A DNA stretch of 64,000 nucleotides from the human T2T-CHM13v2.0 reference genome, Homo sapiens, in the NCBI RefSeq assembly GCF_009914755.1, contig NC_060932.1. One strand, written 5' to 3'. Shown here in pieces: positions 26,832-44,720 of this stretch. Under the pieces are notes generated by a model. The model was given only the letters and a program-made list of their open reading frames with translations. It had not been told where the DNA came from and made no database searches. The position numbers were made by a program, and so were the translations under genes. Positions within the stretch are counted from its first letter, which is position 1; each line of letters opens with the position of its first letter.

Positions 26832-27675
26832 TGAGAGGTGAAGCCGGCTGGGCTTCTGGGTTGGTTGGGGACTTGGAGAACTTTTCTGTCTAGCTAAAGG
26901 ATTTTAAATGCACCAATCAGTGCTCTGTGTCTAGCTAATTGGGTGGGGACCTGGAGAACTTTGCTGTCTAGCTAAAGGATTGTAAATGCACCAATCAGCA
27001 CTCTGTGTCTAGCTAAAGGTTTGTAAATGCACCAATCAGTGCTCTGTGTCTAGCTTATCAGGTGGGGACTTGGAGAACTTTTCTGTCTAGGTAAAGGATT
27101 GTAAACACGCCAATTAGCACTGTGTCTAGCTAAAGGTTTGTAAACGGACCAATCAACTCTCTGTAAAATGGACCAATCAGCTCACTGTAAAATGGACCAA
27201 TCATCAGGATGTGGGTGGGGACAAATAAGGGAATAAAAGCAGGCCACCCGAGCCAGCAGTGGCAACCCGCTCAGGTCCCCTTCCACTCTATGGAAACTTT
27301 GTTCTTTAGCTCTTCGGAATAAATCTTGCTGCTGCTCACTCTTTGGGTCCACAGCACCTCTAAGAGCAGTAACACTGTGAAGGTCTGCAGCTTCACTCCT
27401 GAAGTCAACAAGACTACAAACCCACTGGGAGAAATGAACAACTCCAGATGTGCTGCCATTATAAACTGTAACACTCACCGTGAAGGTCTGCAGCTTCACT
27501 CCTGAAGTCAATGAGACCACGAACCCACCAGAAGGAAGAAACTCCAGACACGTCTGCACATCAAAAGGAACAAACTCTGGACACACCATTTTTAAGAACT
27601 GTAACACTCACCATGAGGGTCCACGGCTTCATTCTTGAAGTCAGCAAGACCAAGAACCCACCAATTCCGGACACA
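26832..27675 (+). promoter_or_regulatory. ERV9 3' LTR (LTR12)
   Basis: Direct repeat of the 5' LTR, 844 bp versus 910 bp because of repeat-unit differences. Confidence 0.93.
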
Positions 27676-29869
27676 ATGGCAATAATATAATAGTAAAAGC
27701 TACCTCTGTGGCTGCTGTTATTTTTAAGTGAAAATAATGCTGGTAAAACACTCTGCCCAGCATAGATAGTAAACAACAAATGTTAGCCATTATGATTGTC
27801 ATAATATTACTACCTTTGATATCAGGCATGGGTTCAAATATTGAGTCTGCTTATTATTAAAGGAGTGAAATTAGGGTAGCTATTCAAACACTCTGAGAAT
27901 GTTCCCTGATTTGTAAATTACATATAACATTGACACCATAGTATTGTGTTAATAACAAGTATTAAGTGAGATGGTTTATCACACACACACACACACACAC
28001 ACACATAATTTACCATGCCCCTGCAGAAGTGTAGAGTGTATGTGTGTATACATCTGTGTGTGTGTTTGTATACTGCATGATGCCTGGGATGCAACAGTTG
28101 TTGCAGTTAATGTTAGTCTCTTATACCTCATACACATATTGTTACAAAAAAGTGTTCACTGTAAATTTGGATTTTGGGGGGATTGTTGACCAGACAACTA
28201 GGAACATATCCAAGAGTCTTCCAAGGAGGTGACAGAAATTGGAACATTCCTTCCCAGGCATTGATGCAGTGGGACATAAGAGTCATTGTGGACTAGTAAG
28301 TAGACATTGGTATGATATTGAATTTAAGACACCAAGCTAGAATTAGAGAAACACATTCATGCATCAGAATTTTTAGTTCAAGAGAGATGAATGTTACTCT
28401 TCCCCCACACACAATTGTATCAGACAGAATTGCCTGAAGGACTGTGATCCCGGCAATAGGACTGGAATGATTTCCTTTCCAAACAAAGTCAAAGAATGTT
28501 GGCAATGTCAATGGACCATCTTGATACTTAACAATGCTGCATTTAATTTTATCCAGCACAGGAAGAAACACTACTGAAGGGTGAGTCGATTGTCCCATCC
28601 TAGCCTTCTCAATGCTCTGAACTGCCTTGGATGACCTAGGAAAGTGCTGAGCAGCTCTGCTTCACAGTGAACACTCTTTTATGCTGTTGTAAGAGCTCAA
28701 CTTTTGGAAAGAAAAGTTTTTCAGTTGTTAAGAACAGTGAAGTTATTTTGTGAAAACCCCTCTCCATTATTTGGACTCTTGCAAAGCAAGGGCAGAAAAA
28801 CATGTTCTCCAAAATTGCAATAATGTCTTACGCTTCCTGGCTGATGTGAACGGGCTACAACAGGAGCACAGTGCCTGGCACAACGTGGGACATTCAGAAA
28901 TATTCAATTAATTTGCCCATGTGGTGACTGTGGATTGAAGTTCTTGAGGCCCCATTCAGGTGAAAGAAATTCAAGATTGCGTCTACTTTTCATGTATTTG
29001 GCGAATGAGATTGGAACAGGAAATTTATGTTGTTTTTCACATGTGCCTTAAACATTCTGGCATACTTTTATTCAAATATATACCTAATTTATTTTTTTTT
29101 GAGGGGAAGCACATCCAATTTAAATTTGTTTGTTTTTTACTGGCTGAAGAAGTATTCCATAAAACCTAAAACGAGACAACTATAGCTAAGTTAAGGAAAT
29201 AGTTTGCATTTTTAAAATGTGTACTTTCTTTTCAAATGAGGTAATACATTTTAAGCTATTGAGAATCAAAAGCTTAAAAAGTAATAATTTCCATGTTCCT
29301 ACAAAACTAACAAACTAAAATAATTTCTTGTAGCCATGGTAACATGTGGCAATCAGAAACACTTAACATTGTAGATATAAATACAAGTTTCTTGGAAAAC
29401 TAGAGCTGCATTTTCATATTTACTCTGATAAGTAAATGTTTAAAATATTTGTTAGAGAAGAATGAAATAGACCAAAGAGGAGGTCATACAGATAATGAGG
29501 TTGAAGGTGAGTTACAGCCTCTCTCCTTAGGGAAAGCATAACACTAAACAACAAATACCAAAAGCAACAGAAAATCCTGGGCTTAAGAACTCACTAAAAT
29601 GAACCCCTGGTAAGATTTTAGAAATTAAAACAAAGCAAAATGAAGTGAATGTGGGAAGTTCCTCTGTTTCTTCACTTGTAGAATGGGGAAGTAATAGTCC
29701 CTGCTTTATAAATAGAAAGGGCACTCAGTAAAGGTCACCCCCACTTTCTGCATGTCTTAGATCCATGAAGCTTTCTAAACAGGGCTGCTGTGATCATCTA
29801 AACATTGTCACCTGTGTCAGCCTCCAATCCCAACCCTGCACCCTCATTTACCTTGTTACTATCTATGTT

Positions 29870-30030
29870 CTTCTGCTTCCATTAAAATGTAAATCATACA
29901 CAGATAGGGAGTTTTTTTGTTTGGTGTGGTTATTGATACATCTTGAGTAACCAGAAGAGAGACTGGCACAAAATATGTTATTAATATTGTTTAATACACA
30001 AATTAATAAATGAGTGTGTAAATAAATGAA
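29870..30030 (+). mobile_element. L2 3' end fragment
   Basis: ccattaaaatgtaaatc..actggcacaaaatatg..ataaatgagtg resembles the L2 tail. Confidence 0.5.
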
Positions 30031-30914
30031 CAGATGTTAATTATTGTTCTTAGTTTTAAATTTCCTTTAATATTATCTATCAGAATCTCAGGGTCTAAAT
30101 GTCGCATTCACTGGTGAGCTTTAACCATGTGAAGATTCTTGCCTCAAAACTCAGGGTGACTACCAACACATGCATTTCAAACCTACACGATTTTAAGAGT
30201 TCAGAACCCAGTAAACACTAAATACAGCTCTTCATCTCTTAATTTATATTCACAAGAAGAAACATCATATATTTTGTCTTTGATCAATCAACTGTATCCA
30301 AGCTTGGAGCAACAGTCAGGTGCAGAGATGTGGGAAGCTGTGCATCTCCCTGAGCAGGGTGTCTGGTTGGCAGGTCTCAGGAAAGAAAGCTGCCTAGGAA
30401 GACCTGAAACATGCCTAGTGTCTGCTGCAGTCCCTCTGATTCTAAGCATGCATATTGTTTAAAATCTTCCATTGATTGCACATGGTTACTGATGTTAATT
30501 TAGAGTTTTATTTTTGAAATCACTATTTTTGAAACCTTATATGATTCCAGGCACAGTAAACGAAAAGGGGCTATGGAATATATCAAGGCAGGGAAATGCT
30601 GTGCTAGGGTCTCCAGAATTGGAGGAAGTTGAGACCTACTCTGAGCTGAGAGAGGTCATTTGTAGTGGGTGCTTCAATTTTAACAAAATCAAATTAAAAA
30701 TGGCTTATATGTATAATAGATTACAAGTGTATACCCCACATTTAAATATCAATATGTTCATTTAAGTGATGTGTATACATTTATGCATATGCATCATATT
30801 TTTGTGTATTAGCATCTTGTCTATATATATCATGATCTAGCTATATTTATAGTTATATCCATGCCTTTATTTAGAGGTAGATTCATGTGTATTTTAATAA
30901 AAATTTACAATCTA

Positions 30915-33900
30915 ATTTTAATAAAAACTTATAAACAAATCTATCTAATTTTAATCAGTTTGACCATAAGGTAAGGTTTCCATAAACTTTTTTATAACCT
31001 TTTCAAATTTTCTATTACAGAGCAGATCAATGCTCCATAAAAACCCTGTTATTCCAACACATGGGCCCAGATGCTGGCCTTGCAACAGTGTGATTTTGAT
31101 ATAAATATTTAATTTATAGAAAAAGTCTGAACTAATCTTATCCCCCAAAATCAGTGTTTACAATCTCATGCACCCACTTCTTTTGCAACAGTCCTTGGGC
31201 CTAGAGGGATTTAACGTTTTAATTTCTGGCTTTGTGTCTCACAAACACAGTTCATTTTGATTGTCACCTTCTCCGGGTCCGAAGACAAGGCTTTAACTGA
31301 TGTCAATGCTCAAGATTTAGCAGGGGTTGGTGCCTTTTTCAGACCCAAGAGTCAAATGCCTGTAACTTAAGGCACAAAGATTAGTTAATAGGATATTTAT
31401 GTTACAGAATGTCCTATCATTCTAATATGCTACATAGCAAAACAATGTGATTTGGTGTTTAGGAGTTACCAACTGCAGCACTTCAAACCACTGTATTAAA
31501 ATACTTAGGTTACACATTGTATTTGTCTGATTGATAGTATTCTGGTGACAGAACTGTGACCAAAAGCATAAAAAATGTGATAGGTCCTACGCTAAACTTA
31601 TCAAAGTAAGACAACTAACTTTTCCCTCCATCATTAAGAAAATGGTAAATGCAGATATCAGTTTTGAAAGTTCAAAATGAGTATAAATAATCTCCTTTCA
31701 CATAAATACCATACAATGTAACAAAGTAAGAACAAGCATACAGTAATTTCTTTTCAGTGATTTAAAAGAGCATTATCACACATTTCCAAGATTGATTTCT
31801 AGATACAGTACTGACAACTGATTAGGTGAAGATTTCACCACCAAAATCTTCAGACCAGTGCAACACTTGTGCATATTTTGTTTTCAAGTACACGCATGAA
31901 AGCCCATCAGTGATAAATGGCTGGAGATCAAAAATTGCTAGAAAGTCTCACTTTTTAAAATTAATTACTACTTAATCCACATGAATGTCACTTAATTTTA
32001 ATAATGGTCAACATAACTAAAGTAGTTTGAGAGAAATCCCAATCAATATAATTTCCTTAAGGACAAGGCCAATCTTTCCTGAACATTAAAATTTTGTACC
32101 CATATCATAGGTTTTTCCTCATTAAGAGAAAAGATCTGAAACCAACTTAAAATATGGATTGAACTAAATTACCTTGGTAAATAAACACCATTTTAATATT
32201 TCTATTCTCATCTACTTTTCCAAATAACAAAATATGGAATGTACTATTTCTGTTCTGAACTTGTAAAAATAAGTCTTTTATTTTTTGCCAGAAATCTTAA
32301 AGCTCTTGTAGCTCTCTAGATCATCTGAGCTAAGTAAAATCAACAAAATTTTAAATGTCTAGTATGCTCTGTCAGTTTTTGTAGGCTTGACAAATTTAGC
32401 TTAGGAATTCTAGATAAATAGAAGAAATGATGAATTATTAGAAATGCCTAAGAAACAAAATGACTATTCATAGAACTAAATAAAAGCCTCTTATTAGAAA
32501 CTGAAAAAATGGTCTTATATATGTATATATAAGTAAAAACCAAAGGAGAACAAAGGACAAATAAACAATAATTAGAAGCAAAAACAAATAAACAGAAAAC
32601 CAGTAAATTTTTTCTCCTACTCAGTTTACCTTGAAGGCTAAAGTGTCACCTAGAGTCTAGAGGAAAACTCATGATAGGTATTTCATTCCTGGTACATAAA
32701 TTAATGACTCAAAGTTCACCAATACCATTGTTCATTTTATGCAATTAAGAAATTCACTTTAGGCAAATGACCAGTAAGTACTTTAGTGCTTAGTACTGTC
32801 TATGAAGAAGAGCACATACAGTGTGAAACAAAGCAACACCAACATTTGTGTGGAATTTGGCTTCGTGTTAAATCTGGCTTCATGCCTAACTAGATTAAAA
32901 AAGAACTGTCAAACTGTGAATGTATTTCTTTACAATATTAATTTTACCTTCATCAAAACTAAGAGCTTTAACTATGAGCAATGTTTATTAACCAAATTTC
33001 CCCAATTTTATGTTAGTTTTTAACAGATAATGCCTAAACTTTTTCAAGTTTCTATTTGCTCTGTATGTGCACAAAGATAGACCATACAGAGAAACAGGGG
33101 GGAAAAAAATCCATGACTTACACAGACGAGCTACGACATATTTGGACTTTTTGTTTTGTTCTAAATTTTCTTCTTTATATCCCCCCCAATTAGTCTTTTC
33201 ATTCTAGGACAAAAATTCACCTTACAAGATTCTTTCTCATACAAATTTATTCTCTCTTTTAAGCCTCCTTGCCAAAAATACACCTTCATATACATAACTT
33301 TCTTCACATCTTTCTTCCATACTTACTGGTTCCTTACTACCTTGTTTTCTGAATAAATTTTTCATGTCCATAATTTGAATTAATTTTTAGATAACTTTTG
33401 AATTAGACAAAATTATTATTTTTCTCACTAATAACACATACATACATAATTATATATTAACTTTAATTTTTATTCTTACTAACCTTAAATTTTAGTAAAA
33501 CCCTAGGAAGCAAGAAATCCTGAACTATTGGATATTAGTACTTTATAGATGAGAACAATTTTACAAGTTTTAGAAACATATTTTTCCATATCATATCACT
33601 TTCTAATTGGAAATGATACAAATCATTCAAAGATTTAAATGGCACCAGTTTTTAAACATGCATCTCATTTACAGGTACTCAATTATTTCATTTTTAACAG
33701 TTGGTCTAGATTACTTTTGAAAACTAAAATATTATACACCATCACTTAAAGTTAATCATTTCCTTGTTTATCATTTTTTAAATACTCACTGAATATCAGG
33801 TGCTCATTTAAGTAAGAGCCTCAAAGTTAATTTCATAGGTAAATTTGCCAGTAACTCAGAAGATTCCACTAACAATATTAAATTGGTCTCAGTTGTCAAA

Positions 33901-35051
33901 GAAGGCACACAAAGCAAGGCCATTTTGTTTTGGATGAGTTTATAGTTTTACAACCTCCTGTGCAAACCCTGATATATCAAAATATCTAGCAAAGGCAAAT
34001 ATAAAACCCAGACAAAAACATATGCTGACAATTCTGAAGACATCTCTATTTTTATTTTACCAATAATTTTAAAGCCAGCTTGCTTAGTAAAGACTTATTT
34101 GGGTCATGTGAACTTGAAAAATACTTTGGACATCTTTATCTATGAGGTGCTCTTTAATTTTAAGCCAATTTGGTAAACACAACATATAACTTAATAAATA
34201 TACATACACATAAACACATTTAGACATGTATACACACACATAAACAAAGATCCAATAGTTTTACACTGGAACTCTAGCCATGAGATAGCAATATAGACTC
34301 ACCCCCCTACCAACAGGTTCACGTGACCGAACTTCATTACCACCAATAGGTAATCCAGTGAAGGCTGTTAACAAAAACTTTGGGTAAAGCAGTTGCCATG
34401 GCAGTTTGATTTTTAAAGGCCAAGCATCCCCAATCTCCAAAGAACACTGGGGCTGAAGAGCACCACAGAAGAACACCACCTGGAACCTACTAACCAGGTC
34501 CAACCCTGCTTAGAATAGCAATATAAAAGCCTGAATACATAGCCCACTTTTCCATTCAACAGCAAACTTCAGATTCCAAAGAACACTGGGGCCAAACAGT
34601 ATTATAAAAGAGTATCACTTTACTGAGCTCTAATTTCCTATGACTATATCACATGCATGCTTATACCAAAGCACAATCCAACTGCTGCTGCAACAAACAA
34701 GCCCCCAAGAGTGTCCTAATTGAAATAGTCAAGGTGCTTTCCTCTTTCCATCAGTTGGGCTTGTTTAACCTACAAATAAAAATTCTTTGAAAAATTTCCC
34801 AAATTGAGAGGAGCAGATTCTGCTGTCTTGGCCCACAAGGACACTCACCCATCTGATGCAGATATCAAATACCAAAGGCAGTTATTTTGAGGCAATTAGG
34901 AACATGGTTGAGGCTGGCTGTGGCAGACCAGAGAGAGAAGAAACCCACCTTCAGCCAAAATTGTGCAGGCAGCTGCTTAGGAGGGCTTGTGAGACACCAG
35001 GGCTGTGGCAGCTGAGCCACAAGAGCAACACATTTGCTTGTCAGGGAACCA
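30915..35051 (-). mobile_element. ERV1 MER4-group internal sequence, non-coding, 3'-truncated
   Basis: MER4I-like text (aatcagtttgaccataaggtaag..gggcccagatgctggccttg); PBS adjacent to the LTR; no second LTR seen. Confidence 0.7.
35034..35051 (-). other. Primer binding site, tRNA-Glu-like
   Basis: Minus strand TGGTTCCCTGACaagcaa; first 12 nt match the complement of the tRNA-Glu(CTC) 3' end, TGGTTCCCTGACCGGGAA. Confidence 0.7.
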
Positions 35052-35056
35052 AAATG

Positions 35057-35922
<866 letters not shown>

Positions 35923-36683
35923 ATGTGACAGACATAGATATTTTTCCAGTACAGAAAAACATAAAAACTCAGATAGTTGTTTAGAAACTTTGATTTTACC
36001 ATCTGTACCTAGCAGCATAAATCTCTCCAATAGAATATGGAATTTGAATTGCTTTTAATATTGCTAAATTACAAAATGAGCCTCTTACATGATGTCACCC
36101 TAAGTGCTAAAAGTTATGCATTTATTAAAGGATTTATACATTAATTATTTAGTTATAATTGTTAAAATGATATCAAAAGAAAAAATATGCATCTAAGGAA
36201 AAGAGAATGAATAAATAAATAGATGAGTCACATGTAGTGACTGAAGGCAAGTGCACCAAAGCATTATAATTCCTACCAAAACTGGCTATTTAATTATGGA
36301 AACTGTGAGGAAATTCAAGTGTGAACTCTTTGAAAAAAGAGAAAGAAAAGACAAAATCAGGAAAACAAAATATCAACCTTATACTTTTGTTTCACTACAG
36401 CTTCATTGGCAGATTACTTAAATTTCATTATGTTACTTTTTTGTATAAAAAAGACATGAAACCTTAAATGACTTTTCTTATGGGAAAATATTATTAATGA
36501 AAAAATGTACTTCAACAAATTTTTAAGTAAAGGGATTTTTAACATAAACTATAAAATATTAATATAAATTAGATAATTTATGTAACACACATACAAAAAA
36601 TGAGTTATTCATGTTGAAAATTATACTCTCATTACTGATATAAAAGTTTTTACTGGGATTTCCATGACAAAAACCACATTGTA

Positions 36684-37008
<325 letters not shown>

Positions 37009-37292
37009 TTATCTTCTACTTTGTTAGTAGGTTTATATGTATTCACCTAAAGACAATTCTTTGAAAATTATTTGTTATATGGAAACATGTATGGTCTTAT
37101 GAAAGCAAGATTTCACTATAAGCCTATTTGAATGCCAGGCTTCAAAACTAAAAATCTTTTAAATGTTATTTGATTATATTAATCTGAAATATTTTCATAA
37201 AATAAAATTTACAATTCATGTCAAATAAAGCATAACATTTAAATCCCTACAACTAAAATCAAGCAAAGACAAGGAAAAATTATTTATACCTT

Positions 37293-37667
37293 TGATATGG
37301 TTTGCCTGTGTCCCCACCCAAATCTCATCTGGAATTGTAGTTCCCATAATCCCCACGTGTCATGGGAGGGACTAGGTGGAGATAATTGAATCATGAGGGT
37401 GGTTTTCCCATCCTGTTCTTGTGATAATGAGCTCGTTCTCACAAGATCTGTTGGTTTTATAAGTGGCTTTCCCCTTTGCTGGGCACTCATTCTTTTTCTC
37501 CCTGGGACATGTGAAGAAGGACATGTTTGATTTCCTTCCACCATGATTGTAAGTTTCCTGAGGCCTCCCCCACCATGCTGAACTGTGAGTCAATTAAACC
37601 CCTTTCCTTTGTAAATTACCCAGTCTCGGGCAAGTCTTTATTAGCAGCATGAGAACAGACTAATACA
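37293..37667 (+). mobile_element. Solo THE1 LTR (THE1C/D-like)
   Basis: TGATATGGTTTGCCTGTGTCCCCACCCAAATCTCATC...GACTAATACA. Confidence 0.9.
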
Positions 37668-38708
37668 CCCCTTAATCTTTGCCCAAGCATAAGCAATCAA
37701 AACGTATTTTAAATGAAGACTAAAACAAAATAGAATTTTCTCTTTTTGCGATTTGGTGTAGGGTTTCATTTCACTTCATCTAACATCTAACATCGAACGC
37801 CACCATCAAAAACTGACTTTCAGCAACTGATCCATACCACCCTTTTGCATTTGCCTTTTACTTTGCAATTATTCTTCTTCTCTTTGGCAATTTTCTCTTA
37901 ATTAGAATTCACTGGAAAGTCGTTATCATAGCCTTTGAACCTCTTAGCTATCTAATTTATTTTGCTTTGCTTTCAACATTTTTGCTCCCTTGCTCGAGTG
38001 CTTTATCTGACTATATTTAAAACCAGGCCTCCAGTTTCCAAGTCTGTCTAGTCCCTGTTTTGCATCACCTAATGGGAAATTGCACAACTTACAGATCATT
38101 GAGCTTCCTCAGGGACTGACAGTACTGGGTCACCAGGTGCCCATGGTGCCACCTGGCATCACTGAGACTTCTGGATAAATTTGCAATTACCCTAGTTCTG
38201 GGTATGGAATGTATGACTGTGTTCAATACTAGTAAAACCCTGTTTAAATCTTTCCTTCAAAACAAGATAGAGTTAGAAAATGTAGAGATGATGCTTATGG
38301 GCTCTGATTTGGCTTCCATGGTTCATAAAGCTGAGTTTTAGTCAACAGACTCCTCTCTTAACTTTGAAAAGTTACTTTGCCTTGTATCCCATTTGCTTTT
38401 GTTGCAAGCCACATTTGCATGGCTGCAATTCACCCCTGAGGTCAGTGTGTCTCACTCCCACCAGCACCCTCATATGGAGCTATACTCATGAAAATTAAGG
38501 CAACATTTGATCAATGTTCAGTAATGGTTAATGTTCTGAATTCATCCATGAAAATAAATTCCTTTTTCATATTTTTAATTGTACTAAGTGGTTTCAACAG
38601 AGTTGAAATTCTCCCTTGTCTTAAATTAGTAGGCTCATTACTGAGGAAAGCTTTGGGTTGATTGCTGCTGTTTGCAACTTACTATTCTATCCTCATTTCC
38701 ATATGTAA

Positions 38709-39108
<400 letters not shown>

Positions 39109-39141
39109 TAAATTTTATTTTACTATACCTTTTGTCTAAGG

Positions 39142-39342
39142 CAGGTGTCCAATCTTTTGGCTTCCCTGGGCCACATTGGAAGAGGAAGAATTGTTTTGGG
39201 CCACACATAAAATACACTAAGACTAATGATAGCTGATAAGCTAAAAGAAAATTGCAAAAAAATCTCATAATGTTTTAAGAAAGTTTACAAACTTGTGTTG
39301 GGCCGCTTCAAAGCTGTCCTATGTTGTGGGTTGGATAGGCTG
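39142..39342 (+). mobile_element. MER30 (hAT-Charlie non-autonomous DNA transposon)
   Basis: caggtgtccaatcttttggcttccctgggccacattggaag...gggttggataggctg matches recalled MER30. Confidence 0.85.
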
Positions 39343-39880
39343 TTTTCACAATTAAAGGAGGTAAGACATAATACGTTAACCTTTCCCTATCCTTTTACAA
39401 GTAAGTCCAGTTAACTTATCACAGGAAAACTTCTGTTAATTACTATGCAAAGAAAAAAAACAATTATGGGGTAGTTTCTAAAGAGGAGTAAATTTAATTG
39501 AAAGAGTGTGTTAGGGCTATCAATAGCATGAACTATTGCTCATAAAATCCACCTCAAAGGTTGTAAATCATAATAATATAAACCTTATTTATTTCTAAAA
39601 GGATAATGATACCAGTTTACTAAAACTTTTCCTGCAATAGATGATATGAAGGAGGTAGTCAATTGACTAAGTGGACACTACGTCACAAGTCAACAAATGG
39701 TACCTCTAAAATTTAAATATTCTTGGAGAGAGCCAAGATGGCCGAATAGGAAGAGCTCCCAGTGTGAGCAATGCAGAAGACAGGTGATTTCTGCATTTCC
39801 ATCTGAGGTACCGGGTTCATCTCACTACGGAGTGCCAGACAGTGGGTGCAGGACAGTGGGTGCAGCACACCGTGCGTGAG

Positions 39881-40162
39881 CTAAAGCAGGGTGAGGCATT
39901 GCCTCACTTGGGAAGTGCAAGGAGTCAGGGAGTTCCCTTTCCTAGTCAAAGAAAGGGGTGACAGACAGCACCTGGAAAATTGGGTCACTCCCACCCCAAT
40001 ACTGTGCTTTTCTGACAGGCTTAAAAACCGGCGCACCAGGAGATTATATCCCGCACCTGGCTCAGAGGGTCCTATGCCCACGGAGTCTCACTGATTGCTA
40101 GCACAGCAGTCTGAGATCAAACTGCAAGGCAGCAGCAAGGCTGCAGGAGGGGCGCCCGCCAT
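39881..40162 (-). pseudogene. L1 ORF0 (antisense), broken by a stop at 40088-40090
   Basis: MAGAPPAALLLPCSLISDCCASNQ* followed by GPSEPGAGYNLLVRRFLS.. in ORFs 40088..40282 and 39881..40081. Confidence 0.8.
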
Positions 40163-40743
40163 TGCCCAGGCTTGCTTAGGTAAACAAAGCAGCCTGGAAG
40201 CTTGAACTGGGTGGAGCCCACCACATCTCAAGGAGGCCTGCCTGCGTCTGTAGGCTCCACCTCGGGGGCAGGGCACAGACAAACAAAAAGACAGCAGTAA
40301 CCTCTGCAGACTTAAATGTCCCTGTCTGACAGCTTTGAAGACAGCAGTGGTTCTCCCAGCACACAGCTGGACATCTGAGAACAGGCAGACTGCCTCCTCA
40401 AGTGGGTCCCTGATCCCTGACCCCCGAGCAGCCTAACTGGGAGGCACCCCCCAGTAGGGGCAGACTGACACCTCACACGGCCAGGTACTCCTCTGAGACA
40501 AAATTCCAGAGGAAAAATCAGACAACAGCATTCGAGGTTCATGAAAATCTGCTGTTCTGCAGCCACCGCTGCTGGTACCCAGGCAAACAGGGTCTGGAGT
40601 GGACCTCTAGCAAACTCCAACAGACCTGCAGCTGAGGGCCCTGTCTGTTAGAAGGAAAACTAACAAACAGAAAGGACATCCACACCAAAAACCCATCTGT
40701 ACATCACCATCATCAAAGACCAAAAGGAGATAAAACCACAAAG

Positions 40744-41751
40744 ATGGGGAAAAAACAGCAGAAAAACTGGAAACTCTAAAAAGCTGAGCACCTCTCCTCC
40801 TCCAAAGGAATGCAGCTCCTCAGCAGCAATGGAACAAAGCTGGACGGAGAATGACTTTGATGAGTTGAGAGAAGAAGGCTTCAGATGATCAAACTACTCT
40901 GAACTACAGGAGGAAATTCAAATCAAAGGCAAAGAAGTTGAAAACTTTGAAAAAAATTTAGACGAATGTATAACTAGAATAACCAATACAGAGAAGTGCT
41001 TAAAGGAGCTGATGGAGCCAAGGCTTGAGAACTACGTGAAGAATGCAGAAGCCTCGGGAGCCGATGCAATCAACTGGAAGAAAGGGTATCAGTGATGGAA
41101 GATGAAATGAATGAAATGAAGTGAGAAGGGAAGTTTAGAGAAAAAAGAATAAAAAGAAATGAACAAAGCCTCCAAGAAATATGGGACTAAGTGAAAAGAC
41201 CAAATCTACGTCCGATTGGTGTACCTGAAAGTGACAGGGAGAATGGAACCAAGTTGGAAAACACTCTGCAGGATATTATCCAGGAGAACTTCCCCAATCT
41301 AGCAAGGCAGGCCAACATTCAGATTCAGGAAATACAGAGAACACCACAAAGATACTCCTGGAGAGGAGCAACTCCAAGACACATAATTGTCAGATTCACC
41401 AAAGGTGAAATGAAGGAAAAAGTGTTAAGGGCAGCCAGAGAGAAATGTCGGGTTACCCACAAAGGGAAGCCCATCAGACTAACGAGAGATCTCTCGGCAG
41501 AAACTCTGCAAGCCAGAAGAGAGTGGGGGCCAATATTCAACATTCTTAAAGAAAAGAATTTTCAACACAGAATTTCATATCCAGCCAAACTAAGCTTCAT
41601 AACTGAAGGAGAAATAAAATACTTTACAGACAAGCAAATGCTGAGAGATTTTGTCACCACCAGGCATGCCCTAAAAGAGCTCCTGAAGGAAGCACTAAAC
41701 ATGGAAAGGAACAACTGGTACCAGCCACTGCAAAATCATGCCAAATTGTAA
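40744..41751 (+). pseudogene. L1 ORF1p, disrupted
   Basis: ATGGGGAAAAAACAG start; C-terminal 186 aa open (KRPNLR..ARREWG..YPAKLSF); upstream frameshift and stops. Confidence 0.93.
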
Positions 41752-41814
41752 AGATCATCAAGGCTAGAAAGAAACTGCATCAACTAACGAGCAAAATAGC
41801 CAGCTAACATCATA

Positions 41815-44720
<2,906 letters not shown>

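Larger units (their letters stand above)
18494..27675 (+). mobile_element. ERV9 (HERV9) provirus with LTR12-family LTRs, ~9.2 kb
   Basis: LTRs TGAGAGGTGAAG..CCAATTCC(A/G)GACA(T/C)A, perfect 4-bp TSD ATGG (18490-18493, 27676-27679), tRNA-Arg PBS, PPT ggagggggga (26821-26830). Confidence 0.96.

Noticed and set aside
11645-27675. A single recombinant HERV-H/ERV9 element
   Set aside because: Each provirus has its own LTR pair, PBS and TSD, with host and MIR sequence between them.
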